Source: Laetmonice hystrix (Eukaryota). Taken from it: a DNA stretch of 64,000 nucleotides. A program made the position numbers and the translations under genes. The stretch is taken from the NCBI GenBank assembly GCA_965235115.1, contig OZ249449.1, positions 6,324,001 through 6,388,000 of the forward strand, read 5' to 3'. Below, piece after piece: positions 1 through 11,809 of the stretch; the first letter of the stretch is position 1; each line of letters opens with the position of its first letter. The notes under the pieces are model-generated. The model made no database searches and was not told where the DNA came from. It was given only the letters and a program-made list of their open reading frames with translations.

Positions 1-722
1 CTCCCCCCCCCCCGGTTACCTGATGACCACCGGTCTATCCACCTGGGATTATCCCACCTGTGTATATCCCACATCAAAGGATGCCGCCGGGGTTAAAACA
101 AAGGTTGACACTCGGACAGGTGTGGCTGGTAACATGATCCCAGGTGAGCGTGGTCTAAGTGGACGACCCGGGGGGGGGGGGGGTCTGGGAGGGGTCATCC
201 AAGTTCAACTCACTCTATTCACCCCACCCCCGTCACAAACCCTTCATTATCTACCCTCCTCCCCTTCCCTCCCCTTCTCCTCCCCCTCCTCACTGACCAC
301 ATCACTAATTGACTAGCTCACTCAACTCAGTATCGATTAATTACCCATTATCTATACTACCATTACAGTAAACTGTAAACCCCCAACTTTGGTTTTATTA
401 TCTTTTTTAAAGAGGGGGGGTCATAATAATTTTAAGTTGTTTCCATTAAATATCATTGAAATAGAATAGTTTCGAGCCCAATTCCTGAATATAAGTGCCG
501 GTGTACAAAGAAAACATATTTTATAGGGACACTCTAAGTGGCATTCCTCACCCCTTTCCCAAACGGCCCGATCTAGGTCCATTAACACTGCATATCATTA
601 TATGAGTCACAAACTTGTAATGGGATGACCCAGATCAACCCAAGCCATGCCACGCGCTATCAGCAACTATGATAGCGCAGTGAAGACACCGGCTTACATG
701 CCCACAAGATTGTCAAGAGAAA

Positions 723-889
723 ATGGTGAAGCTAGTTGTCTGAAGTATTGTAGCCAGTCATGTCCAGATGGGGTGTCTCTTTTCTCTATACCAAAAGAGG
801 AAACCCTGAAGAGAAAGTGGATGAACTTATAACAGCTCAAGAAGGGGTGGTTCTAGGCTATGTGTGTAGCACTTGACCACTTCGGAGAT
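723..889 (+). pseudogene. Decayed THAP (C2CH) DNA-binding domain, 5' end of a transposase
   Basis: ATG GTG AAG at 723, then after a frameshift CLKYCSQSCPDGVSLFSIPKEETLKRKWMNL*QLKKGW, then YVCS (859-870) and, after a 4-nt insertion, DHF (875-883). This retains the THAP C-x3-C...P...W...C-x-x-H-F signature with stops and frameshifts. Confidence 0.7.
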
Positions 890-894
890 GCCCA

Positions 895-1044
895 TCTCTG
901 TGGCTCATACATCCACCCCAAAACCTCTTGTTCTGCTCCAACATCCTCCTCCTCATCTATCCCACTTCCAGAATCGTAGAAATTTTCCATCTCATAACTG
1001 GATTCATCATTAGAAAAGGAGTTATCTGAATCTGAAGATGCCAT
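895..1044 (-). pseudogene. 5' remnant of a second, convergently oriented element ORF (possibly KolX-like), acidic N-terminus
   Basis: MASSDSDNSFSNDESSYEMENFYDSGSGIDEEEDVGAEQEVLGWMYEPQ lies inside the TIRs, facing the THAP remnant, with TGACGTCA upstream on its strand (~1091). The KolX assignment is inference from context, not from an alignment. Confidence 0.4.
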
Positions 1045-1990
1045 GACCCGGCCTATCTTATTGCTGCTCCAGGCTCTGTTTACAATTTTGTGACGTCACC
1101 CACCACAGTGGAGCACTCAGTGGTGCCGAACAGAGCGTTTTCAGCACGGGGATGATGTTACCCACTCCCGTCACTCACAGCGGGGTTGGTAAGGGTGTGT
1201 ATGTTGGGGGATCCGTAGAAGATGTTTTTTGTGAAATATATTCCAACTTACAAGTAAAGTGGCATGATTATGACCCCCCCTCTTTAAATTTACACTGTTG
1301 ATACGACGGCCTCAAAAACTAAAAAAGTATGTTAGTCTCATGAAGTTTCGCGTTTCTGCCACATTATTTAGGCCCCATGAGTTTTGCCATCTTTCCAAAA
1401 CCAGTAAATAATTTAGCGAGTACACAAATAACGTTTACAGTATCGGTTACTAGTATCTGCCATAATTAGCGCCGCCACGTGTCAACTCTCCAATTACAAT
1501 CTTCCCCAATGCGTTATTTTCTATAATGCATGTTACTTTCTCATAAGGTTTCTTGTTTTCATGTATTTTCCAATGATTTGCCATTCCCTGTTAAATTACC
1601 ACGGAAATCAGATGGAATCGGTCTCAGCCTCAGGTAGTTTGCCGAACTCGCTATCGAGGAGACTGATGGTGGGGGTTGGAACCCCTCCCATCTCGGCCCC
1701 GGGGGGTTAAGGGGAACTTTGATTGCCCGTTCTTGCTGTCTCACTTCCCAAATAATATAAGCAATTTTGGCAGTGCACTTCGATTTCCCGAAAAGTACCA
1801 TTTCTGACAGCTTTAACCGTTACCAAAAAAACCCCTGACCGACAACCCCTATCTACCCGGGTCAGTGGACTGGTCCTTCCTTGAACCCCCTCGTACACCT
1901 CGTGCAGACAGTGGACTCTCCCACATTCCTGTGACCCGGATAGTGGCGGACATCCTAGGGTGAAAGTATCAACCCGAACCCAGAACCCCA

Positions 1991-2207
1991 AACTCCTGGA
2001 TGATACCACTCTCAAACAGGACATTAACATACACCCTCTACAGTACAGGGTGAACTTCATTACTAACTCCTGGATGATACCACGCTCAAACAGGACATTA
2101 ACATACACCCTCTACAGTACAGGGTGAACTTCATTACTAACTCCTGGATGATACCACTCTCAAACAGGACATTAACATACACCCTCTACAGTACAGGGTG
2201 AACTTCA
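1991..2207. repeat. Tandem repeat, 74-bp unit x3
   Basis: AACTCCTGGATGATACCAC...GTGAACTTCATTACT starts at 1991, 2065 and 2139. Confidence 0.95.
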
Positions 2208-2696
2208 ATACTCACTTTTTATGTTTACATAGTAACATGGTTAAACTATTCTTAATTCTGAAAACTATGAAAGAAACTCTATGTCATTCCGTCTGCAATA
2301 TGATGATATGATCTGCTCTTAATTTCAAATATCCATTCTAAGATTGTACGAAGATCTGAAAAAAAAAAAACAATTCAACTTGAATTTATTCCAATGGTCC
2401 ACGTGTCTCAAAAATGTGTGTCGACTAGAGCAGGGGTAACCGAACCCAGCAGTGGTACATGATGAAATGTTTCGCTTCATGCCCATGGCACCTGCCCTCC
2501 CAAACATGTGACTGAGTCCCATGAACTTTGACCTATCCCAGGACATGCCCTTTGACCTGTGAGATGACTGTGAGTTCTGGCAGACCCGAGTTTTGACCTC
2601 CGTCAGACCGCGTCATCCAAACTGAAGTTAGCTTCCCGCCGTCAAATTCTGGTAAAAACCAAATAAATCTCTCACTCTTCCTGGCCCCTAACTGGC

Positions 2697-3487
2697 CCCA
2701 CTTCCGGTCCCAAGACCTAACTCTAACTCCTGTACTCCCACTTCCGGTCCCAAGACCTAACTCTAACTCCTGTACTCCCACTTCCGGTCCCAAGACCTAA
2801 CTCTAACTCCTGTACTCCCACTTCCGGTCCCAAGACCTAACTCTAACTCCTGTACTCCCACTTCCGGTCCCAAGACCTAACTCTAACTCCTATACTCCCA
2901 CTTCCGGTCCCAAGACCTAACTCTAACTCCTATACTCCCACTTCCGGTCCCAAGACCTAACTCTAACTCCTATACTCCCACTTCCGGTCCCAAGACCTAA
3001 CTCTAACTCCTGTACTCCCACTTCCGGTTCCAAGACCTAACTCTAACTCCTGTACTCCCACTTCCGGTCCCAAGACCTAACTCTAACTCCTATACTCCCA
3101 CTTCCGGTCCCAAGACCTAACTCTAACTCCTATACTCCCACTTCCGGTCCCAAGACCTAACTCTAACTCCTATACTCCCACTTCCGGTCCCAAGACCTAA
3201 CTCTAACTCCTGTACTCCCACTCCTGGTCCCAAGACCTAACTCTAACTCCTGTACTCCCACTCCTGGTCCCAAGACCTAACTCTAACTCCTATACTCCCA
3301 CTTCCGGTCCCAAGACCTAACTCTAACTCCTATACTCCCACTTCCGGTCCCAAGACCTAACTCTAACTCCTATACTCCCACTTCCGATCCCAAGACCTAA
3401 CTCTAACTCCTATACTCCCACTTCCGGTTCCAAGACCTAACTCTAACTCCTATACTCCCACTTCCGGTCCCAAGACCTAACTCTAAC
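2697..3487. repeat. Minisatellite, 40-bp unit x~20
   Basis: Unit CTTCCGGTCCCAAGACCTAACTCTAACTCCT(G/A)TACTCCCA with a strict 40-bp period. Confidence 0.98.
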
Positions 3488-4932
3488 TGGTTTTTGTCTT
3501 TATTACCAGATACAAGCTGATTGAAACATTTGTCATCAAATCATATCAAATAACTTTTTTTAATCGCAACAAGAATTCAAAGGTAAAAGTCGTCTACTTC
3601 AAAATTAAATCCAGATCTATTTAATTTCCCAAACCAATAATGTCTGTACCCGATTTCAGCAATCTGAGATTTGTAAAAACTTCAGGGCGGACTGGAGAAT
3701 CAGCACCCCCCCCCCCCCTCCCTCCTTTTTTCAATTCGCAGTTTCTTAACTTGCACCACCTTGGTCCTCTTTTGTCAATTTTCCCTGTTGCGCTCTTTAA
3801 TTCACCGTCGACAGCAATGCAGCATACTGACCTGGCTGGGTTTACCAAAGAACAGCTCACGCCACGGCCTGGTGTGTAACATATCACTCAGCACCTCACT
3901 GATCGAGGCCCGGTCGTACAAGTATAACCCGGCCCTGGGGTGTGGGGGTGTTAGGGCGGGTCCAGGGTTTTGTAATATAACTCCACTAGGGGGGTAGCAT
4001 CTCCCCCAACTGGATCCACCATTTGGATGACTGCTGTACGACGTTCTCGATCTAATCGCCAAAAGTAACCCCCAAAAGTTATGGGCCAGTGCTCCTCCTA
4101 CTCCGCAATTGCTAACTCGTTCTGGTCCCAAAGAAGATCTCCTCAAAGAAGAACAATGCCCCTCGCTAGTCTCATACGGAGGTTACTCAGTGCAAGATCC
4201 GGTCACGCTTGACTGGTTGTGCTAGGGGGCGCCACTAGCCACTTCCTTTAGATCTCTGGTTGAACAAAATACACCACAGAGAGACGGTGAGGGAAAAACG
4301 GACCACTCAAAAATATACAGGAAGGGTGATCTTCCAGCTGTGTCCTTTACTGTTCTAGCAAAACACAAACTAAAGAACAAGTGTACATACGACACACCAT
4401 GCAAAGCTTTTCATTTGTGGAGCTAAACGGACCCAGGGGGCTGCAGATGAGCCCCCCCCCCCCTGAAATCCCGATGATATTATAAATAGCATGGAGAACC
4501 ACTCCCCCCCCCCCCCCACCGTCTCGAATGCCGATTTCCTTTATCAGTAAAAATTTCCTGAAAAAACAACAACAACAAACATAACCAACTGCCTTCCTAT
4601 GACCAGTGCTAACTGTAATTCACCCCATGAACCCCCCCCCCCCCCCCACACACACACATCCCGCCCAGCTGGCCACTGACCACAACTACAGACCATCTGA
4701 CCACAATTACTCCATCCAATAACCACCATGTCTCCAGTACGGTTCAACGACTCCTACGTCATTCTGTGGTCCCTTTCCCTTTAATAAAGTGAACAGAGAT
4801 CGCCTGGCCTTCAGGAGTCGTTCCGCCCACAACAGATGTGGACCAGTCAATGGCAGAGATGGGGGAGTAGATTCTTATGGTAACACGCCCACGAAAATTG
4901 CTACCAAGGACTAAAACTTTATCACTATTCCT

Positions 4933-7900
4933 GGTCCCAAGACCTAACCCTACTGTCGGTCCCAAGACCTAACCCTACTGTCGGTCCCAAGACCTAACCC
5001 TACTGTCGGTCCCAAGACCTAACCCTACTGTCGGTCCCAAGACGTAACCCTACTGTCGGTCCCAAGACCTAACCCTACTGTCCGTCCCAAGACCTAACCC
5101 TACTGTCGGTCCCAAGACCTAACCCTACTGTCGGTCCCAAGACCTAACCCTACTGTCCGTCCCAAGACCTAACCCTACTGTCGGTCCCAAGACCTAACCC
5201 TACTGTCGGTCCCAAGACCTAACCCTACTGTCGGTCCCAAGACCTAACCCTAGTGTCCGTCCCAAGACCTACTGTCGGTCCCAAGACCTAACCCTACTGT
5301 CGGTCCCAAGACCTAACCCTAGTGTCCGTCCCAAGACCTACTGTCGGTCCCAAGACCTAACCCTACTGTCGGTCCCAAGACCTAACCCTACTGTCGGTCC
5401 CAAGACCTAACCCTACTGTCGGTCCCAAGACCTAACCCTACTGTCGGCCCCAAGACCTAACCCTACTGTCGGTCCCAAGACCTAACCCTACTGTCCGTCC
5501 CAAGACCTACTGTCGGTCCCAAGACCTAACCCTACTGTCCGTCCCAAGACCTACTGTCGGTCCCAAGACCTAACCCTACTGTCCGTCCCAAGACCTAACC
5601 CTACTGTCCGTCCCAAGACCTAACCCTACTGTCCGTCCCAAGACCTAACCCTACTGTCGGTCCCAAGACCTAACCCTACTGTCGGTCCCAAGACCTAACC
5701 CTACTGTCGGCCCCAAGACCTAACCCTACTGTCGGTCCCAAGACCTAACCCTACTGTCGGTCCCAAGACCTAACCCTACTGTCGGTCCCAAGACCTAACC
5801 CTACTGTCGGTCCCAAGACCTAACCCTACTGTCGACCCCAAGACCTAACCCTACTGTCCGTCCCAAGACCTAACCCTACTGTCCGTCCCAAGACCTAACC
5901 CTACTGTCGGTCCCAAGACCTAACCCTACTGTCGGTCCCAAGACCTAACCCTACTGTCCGTCCCAAGACCTACTGTCGGTCCCAAGACCTAACCCTACTG
6001 TCGGCCCCAGGACCTAACCCTACTGTCGGTCCCAAGACCTAACCCTACTGTCGGTCCCAAGACCTAACCCTACTGTCGGTCCCAAGACCTACCCCTACTG
6101 TCCGTCCCAAGACCTAACCCTACTGTCGGTCCCAAGACCTAACCCTACTGTCGGTCCCAAGACCTAACCCTACTGTCGGTCCCAAGACCTAACCCTACTG
6201 TCGGTCCCAAGACCTAACCCTACTGTCGGTCCCAAGACCTAACCCTACCGTCGGTCCCAAGACCTAACCCTACCGTCGGTCCCAAGACCTAACCCTGCTG
6301 TCGGTCCCAAGACCTAACCCTACTGTCCGTCCCAAGACCTAACCCTACTGTCGGTCCCAAGACCTAACCCTACTGTCCGTCCCAAGACCTAACCCTACTG
6401 TCGGTCCCAAGACCTAACCCTACTGTCGGTCCCAAGACCTAACCCTACTGTCCGTCCCAAGACCTAACCCTACTGTCCGTCCCAAGACCTAACCCTACTG
6501 TCCGTCCCAAGACCTAACCCTACTGTCGGCCCCAAGACCTAACCCTACTGTCCGTCCCAAGACCTAACCCTACTGTCCGTCCCAAGACCTAACCCTACTG
6601 TCCGTCCCAAGACCTAACCCTACTGTCGGTCCAAGACCTAACCCTGCTGTCGGTCCCAAGACCTAACCCTACTGTCCGTCCCAAGACCTAACCCTACTGT
6701 CGGTCCCAAGACCTAACCCTACTGTCGGTCCCAAGACCTAACCCTAGTGTCCGTCCCAAGACCTACTGTCGGTCCCAAGACCTAACCCTACTGTCGGTCC
6801 CAAGACCTAACCCTAGTGTCCGTCCCAAGACCTACTGTCGGTCCCAAGACCTAACCCTACTGTCGGTCCCAAGACCTAACCCTACTGTCGGTCCCAAGAC
6901 CTAACCCTACTGTCGGTCCCAAGACCTAACCCTACTGTCGGCCCCAAGACCTAACCCTACTGTCGGTCCCAAGACCTAACCCTACTGTCCGTCCCAAGAC
7001 CTACTGTCGGTCCCAAGACCTAACCCTACTGTCCGTCCCAAGACCTACTGTCGGTCCCAAGACCTAACCCTACTGTCCGTCCCAAGACCTAACCCTACTG
7101 TCCGTCCCAAGACCTAACCCTACTGTCCGTCCCAAGACCTAACCCTACTGTCGGTCCCAAGACCTAACCCTACTGTCGGTCCCAAGACCTAACCCTACTG
7201 TCGGCCCCAAGACCTAACCCTACTGTCGGTCCCAAGACCTAACCCTACTGTCGGTCCCAAGACCTAACCCTACTGTCGGTCCCAAGACCTAACCCTACTG
7301 TCGGTCCCAAGACCTAACCCTACCGTCGGTCCCAAGACCTAACCCTACCGTCGGTCCCAAGACCTAACCCTGCTGTCGGTCCCAAGACCTAACCCTACTG
7401 TCCGTCCCAAGACCTAACCCTACTGTCGGTCCCAAGACCTAACCCTACTGTCCGTCCCAAGACCTAACCCTACTGTCGGTCCCAAGACCTAACCCTACTG
7501 TCGGTCCCAAGACCTAACCCTACTGTCCGTCCCAAGACCTAACCCTACTGTCCGTCCCAAGACCTAACCCTACTGTCCGTCCCAAGACCTAACCCTACTG
7601 TCGGCCCCAAGACCTAACCCTACTGTCCGTCCCAAGACCTAACCCTACTGTCCGTCCCAAGACCTAACCCTACTGTCCGTCCCAAGACCTAACCCTACTG
7701 TCCGTCCCAAGACCTAACCCTACCGTCGGTCCCAAGACCTAACCCTGCTGTCGGTCCCAAGACCTAACCCTACTGTCGGTCCCAAGACCTAACCCTACTG
7801 TCGGTCCCAAGACCTAACCCTACTGTCCGTCCCAAGACCTAACCCTACTGTCGGTCCCAAGACCTAACCCTACTGTCCGTCCCAAGACCTAACCCTACTG

Positions 7901-10073
7901 TCCGTCCCAAGACCTAACCCTACTGTCCGTCCCAAGACCTAACCCTACTGTCCGTCCCAAGACCTACTGTCGGTCCCAAGACCTAACCCTACTGTCCGTC
8001 CCAAGACCTAACCCTACTGTCCGTCCCAAGACCTAACCCTACTGTCCGTCCCAAGACCTAACCCTACTGTCGGTCCCAAGACCTAACCCTACTGTCGGCC
8101 CCAAGACCTAACCCTACTGTCGGTCCCAAGACCTAACCCTACTGTCGGTCCCAAGACCTAACCCTACTGTCGGTCCCAAGACCTAACCCTACTGTCGGTC
8201 CCAAGACCTAACCCTACTGTCGACCCCAAGACCTAACCCTACTGTCGGTCCCAAGACCTAACCCTACTGTCCGTCCCAAGACCTAACCCTACTGTCGGTC
8301 CCAAGACCTAACCCTACTGTCCGTCCCAAGACCTAACCCTACTGTCGGTCCCAAGACCTAACCCTACTGTCGGTCCCAAGACCTAACCCTACTGTCCGTC
8401 CCAAGACCTACTGTCGGTCCCAAGACCTAACCCTACTGTCGGCCCCAGGACCTAACCCTACTGTCGGTCCCAAGACCTAACCCTACTGTCGGTCCCAAGA
8501 CCTAACCCTACTGTCGGTCCCAAGACCTACCCCTACTGTCCGTCCCAAGACCTAACCCTACTGTCGGTCCCAAGACCTAACCCTACTGTCGGTCCCAAGA
8601 CCTAACCCTACTGTCGGTCCCAAGACCTAACCCTGCTGTCGGTCCCAAGACCTAACCCTACTGTCGGTCCCAAGACCTAACCCTACCGTCGGTCCCAAGA
8701 CCTAACCCTACCGTCGGTCCCAAGACCTAACCCTACCGTCGGTCCCAAGACCTAACCCTGCTGTCGGTCCCAAGACCTAACCCTACTGTCCGTCCCAAGA
8801 CCTAACCCTACTGTCGGTCCCAAGACCTAACCCTACTGTCCGTCCCAAGACCTAACCCTACTGTCGGTCCCAAGACCTAACCCTACTGTCGGTCCCAAGA
8901 CCTAACCCTACTGTCCGTCCCAAGACCTAACCCTACTGTCCGTCCCAAGACCTAACCCTACTGTCCGTCCCAAGACCTAACCCTACTGTCGGCCCCAAGA
9001 CCTAACCCTACTGTCCGTCCCAAGACCTAACCCTACTGTCCGTCCCAAGACCTAACCCTACTGTCGGTCCCAAGACCTAACCCTACTGTCGGCCCCAAGA
9101 CCTAACCCTACTGTCCGTCCCAAGACCTAACCCTACTGTCCGTCCCAAGACCTAACCCTACTGTCCGTCCCAAGACCTAACCCTACTGTCGGTCCCAAGA
9201 CCTAACCCTACTGTCGGCCCCAAGACCTAACCCTACTGTCCGTCCCAAGACCTAACCCTACTGTCCGTCCCAAGACCTAACCCTACTGTCCGTCCCAAGA
9301 CCTAACCCTACTGTCCGTCCCAAGACCTAACCCTACTGTCGGTCCCAAGACCTAACCCTACTGTCGGTGCCAAGACCTAACCCTACTGTCCGTCCCAAGA
9401 CCTACAGTCGGTCCCAAGACCTAACCCTACTGTCGGCCCCAGGACCTAACCCTACTGTCGGTCCCAAGACCTAACCCTACTGTCGGTCCCAAGACCTAAC
9501 CCTACTGTCGGTCCCAAGACCTACCCCTACTGTCCGTCCCAAGACCTAACCCTACTGTCGGTCCCAAGACCTAACCCTACTGTCCGTCCCAAGACCTAAC
9601 CCTACTGTCGGTCCCAAGACCTAACCCTGCTGTCGGTCCCAAGACCTAACCCTACTGTCGGTCCCAAGACCTAACCCTACTGTCGGTCCCAAGACCTAAC
9701 CCTACCGTCGGTCCCAAGACCTAACCCTACCGTCGGTCCCAAGACCTAACCCTGCTGTCGGTCCCAAGACCTAACCCTACTGTCCGTCCCAAGACCTAAC
9801 CCTACTGTCGGTCCCAAGACCTAACCCTACTGTCGGTCCCAAGACCTAACCCTACTGTCGGTCCCAAGACCTAACCCTACTGTCCGTCCCAAGACTTAAC
9901 CCTACTGTCGGTCCCAAGACCTAACCCTACTGTCGGTCCCAAGACCTAACCCTACTGTCCGTCCCAAGACCTACTGTCGGTCCCAAGACCTAACCCTACT
10001 GTCCGTCCCAAGACCTAACCCTACTGTCCGTCCCAAGACCTAACCCTACTGTCCGTCCCAAGACCTAACCCTA
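4933..10073. repeat. Large minisatellite, 25-bp unit x~205, telomere-like core
   Basis: Unit GGTCCCAAGACCTAACCCTACTGTC (reverse strand contains TAGGGTTAGG). Recurrent point variants and a recurrent 19-bp deletion variant. Confidence 0.99.
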
Positions 10074-10080
10074 AACCTAC

Positions 10081-10146
10081 TCCCGGAACCCCTAATCCCG
10101 GAACCCCTAATCCCGGAACCCCTAATCCCGGAACCCCTAATCCCGG
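10081..10146. repeat. Tandem repeat, 15-bp unit x4.4
   Basis: (TCCCGGAACCCCTAA)4 directly after the 25-bp array. Confidence 0.95.
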
Positions 10147-10318
10147 TTCCAAGACCGTTAAAACCTAACCCCTACTGCTGGACCCCAAACCTAACCTTTG
10201 CGCAGGTCCCCCTTTACAAGATATTCTAAGGCCACAGCTCAGCTTTGAGTACTTCAAACAAACTCAGAGACTGACACATAGCTAAAAATCACGATAACTA
10301 TGAAGTGGCATCCAGCTA

Positions 10319-10431
10319 AATTCCATAATTTTTTCCATGACTTTCCTCATGACATTTTCAGTTTCCATGACTTTTTCAAGACTTTCCATGACAGCTTTTT
10401 CTCCACGATTTTCCATGACCGTGGGAACCCT
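10319..10431 (-). mobile_element. Probable terminal fragment of a non-autonomous DNA transposon with subterminal TTCCATGAC repeats
   Basis: Several TTCCATGAC/TCATGAC motifs ending in GACCGTGGGAACCCT (minus strand AGGGTTCCCACGGTCATGGAAAA). This resembles termini I recall from small aquatic-animal DNA elements; no matching second end was found. Confidence 0.45.
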
Positions 10432-11565
10432 CTCTGAGATACACAGCAATGAGACCACTACAAAGACAAAGGTTGGAATCCAGCCATTATTCAAGAAATA
10501 TGCTATTATCACAGCTATGAGTGATCAAGTGAGCGAACCTAAACATTAATCTACAACCGGACTTTTTCACAACATTATTTTTTTTGAATAATTTCATTCC
10601 GCCTTCCAGCGACTCTGACCTCCTCACGACAATAAACCAGAGAGTTTGCCCAATGTATGACACGTTCTCACACCCCTAGCTGTAAACTTACCACCCCAAA
10701 GATAACCTTTCCCTCAACTCACCACCCCATCATGATATCTCGCCAGGACTCCCACAACCTACCTTCGGGTTCCACATGGCATTGTTTTTTAATTTCTTTT
10801 TTTCACTTTTAATATGACCTCAGAAGTCGTAACAATCTTACGGAACGCTATTTGATAAATCTCTCTCAACCAATCAGAGAGCATTCTTCTGATCACGTGA
10901 CCAGCCTGCCTTGACTCACTCCACGAAGATATTTTTCTTTTCAAGGCGAGTTTTCGCCAATTAGGACCAGTTATTATCTTCACGAAGAAGAGTCCGATCT
11001 AACGCGTGGCCTGTGTTGGTCACGCTTCCTGTCACACGATGATTATTTAACACTCTATAACCCCACCATCTGATTCCTAGCAACGTTCCCACCACCCTTT
11101 CTATCCTTGCCTTCTAATAGCATTCAAAACTCACCTTGTGGAATGACAGGATATTAATTATTGGAGGAAATGTATAAATGTATTGGAAGTATTTCTAGAC
11201 TGCCTGACTGTCCCGGTCAGCAATAGGTTTCGCGGAACCTTCCTTACATGTTGTATGACAACGACAAAAGTACTTCTGAACACACCAGTCTAAACATTTT
11301 CACCATGCGCCACTTTCAGTTTCGGCCAGTATTAGTCCAATATGTTATACCTTGACTTGTATAAAGCCACCCAGCTGCATTCACACATCTATGGACCTGT
11401 TAGTGTTCCCATGGCGACGGGAACATTTACCCTGCTTCCCAAACTCAATTAACATCAGTTTGTGACAGCGACAGATCGTTAGCTCCGGCGACAAGTCAAT
11501 ACGGCTTCACTTCCGGTTACTGGGAAACAGGATTCGTCCTTGGTCACATTTCATCCTGGGTTTCC

Positions 11566-11809
11566 AACTCTAACACTGAATCTCTTAAACTCTAACACTA
11601 AATCTCTTAAACTCTAACACTAAATCTCTTAAACTCTAACACTAAATCTCTTAAACTCTAACACTAAATCTCTTAAACTCTCACACTAAATCTCTTAAAC
11701 TCTAACACTAAATCTCTTAAACTCTAACACTGAATCTCTTAAACTCTAACACTGAATCTCTTAAACTCTAACACTGAATCTCTTAAACTCTAACACTAAA
11801 TCTCTTAAA
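11566..11809. repeat. Minisatellite, 22-bp unit x11
   Basis: Unit AACTCTAACACT(A/G)AATCTCTTA. Confidence 0.97.

Larger units (their letters stand above)
411..1283. mobile_element. Non-autonomous Kolobok-type DNA transposon (internal deletion derivative)
   Basis: Perfect 17-bp terminal inverted repeats AGAGGGGGGGTCATAAT (411-427) / ATTATGACCCCCCCTCT (1267-1283), flanked on both sides by TTAA (407-410, 1284-1287). TTAA TSD, 5'-RR termini and a THAP-domain remnant match the Kolobok superfamily (piggyBac also uses TTAA but typically has CC termini). Confidence 0.85.

Noticed and set aside
2697-10073. CRISPR array or true telomere
   Set aside because: Units are contiguous with no unique spacers, no cas genes are present and the context is eukaryotic. 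There is no run of perfect (TTAGGG)n.
11468-11530. CUB-domain-like peptide QIVSSGDKSIRLHF
   Set aside because: Only a short motif-level resemblance, with no other CUB residues or flanking exons.
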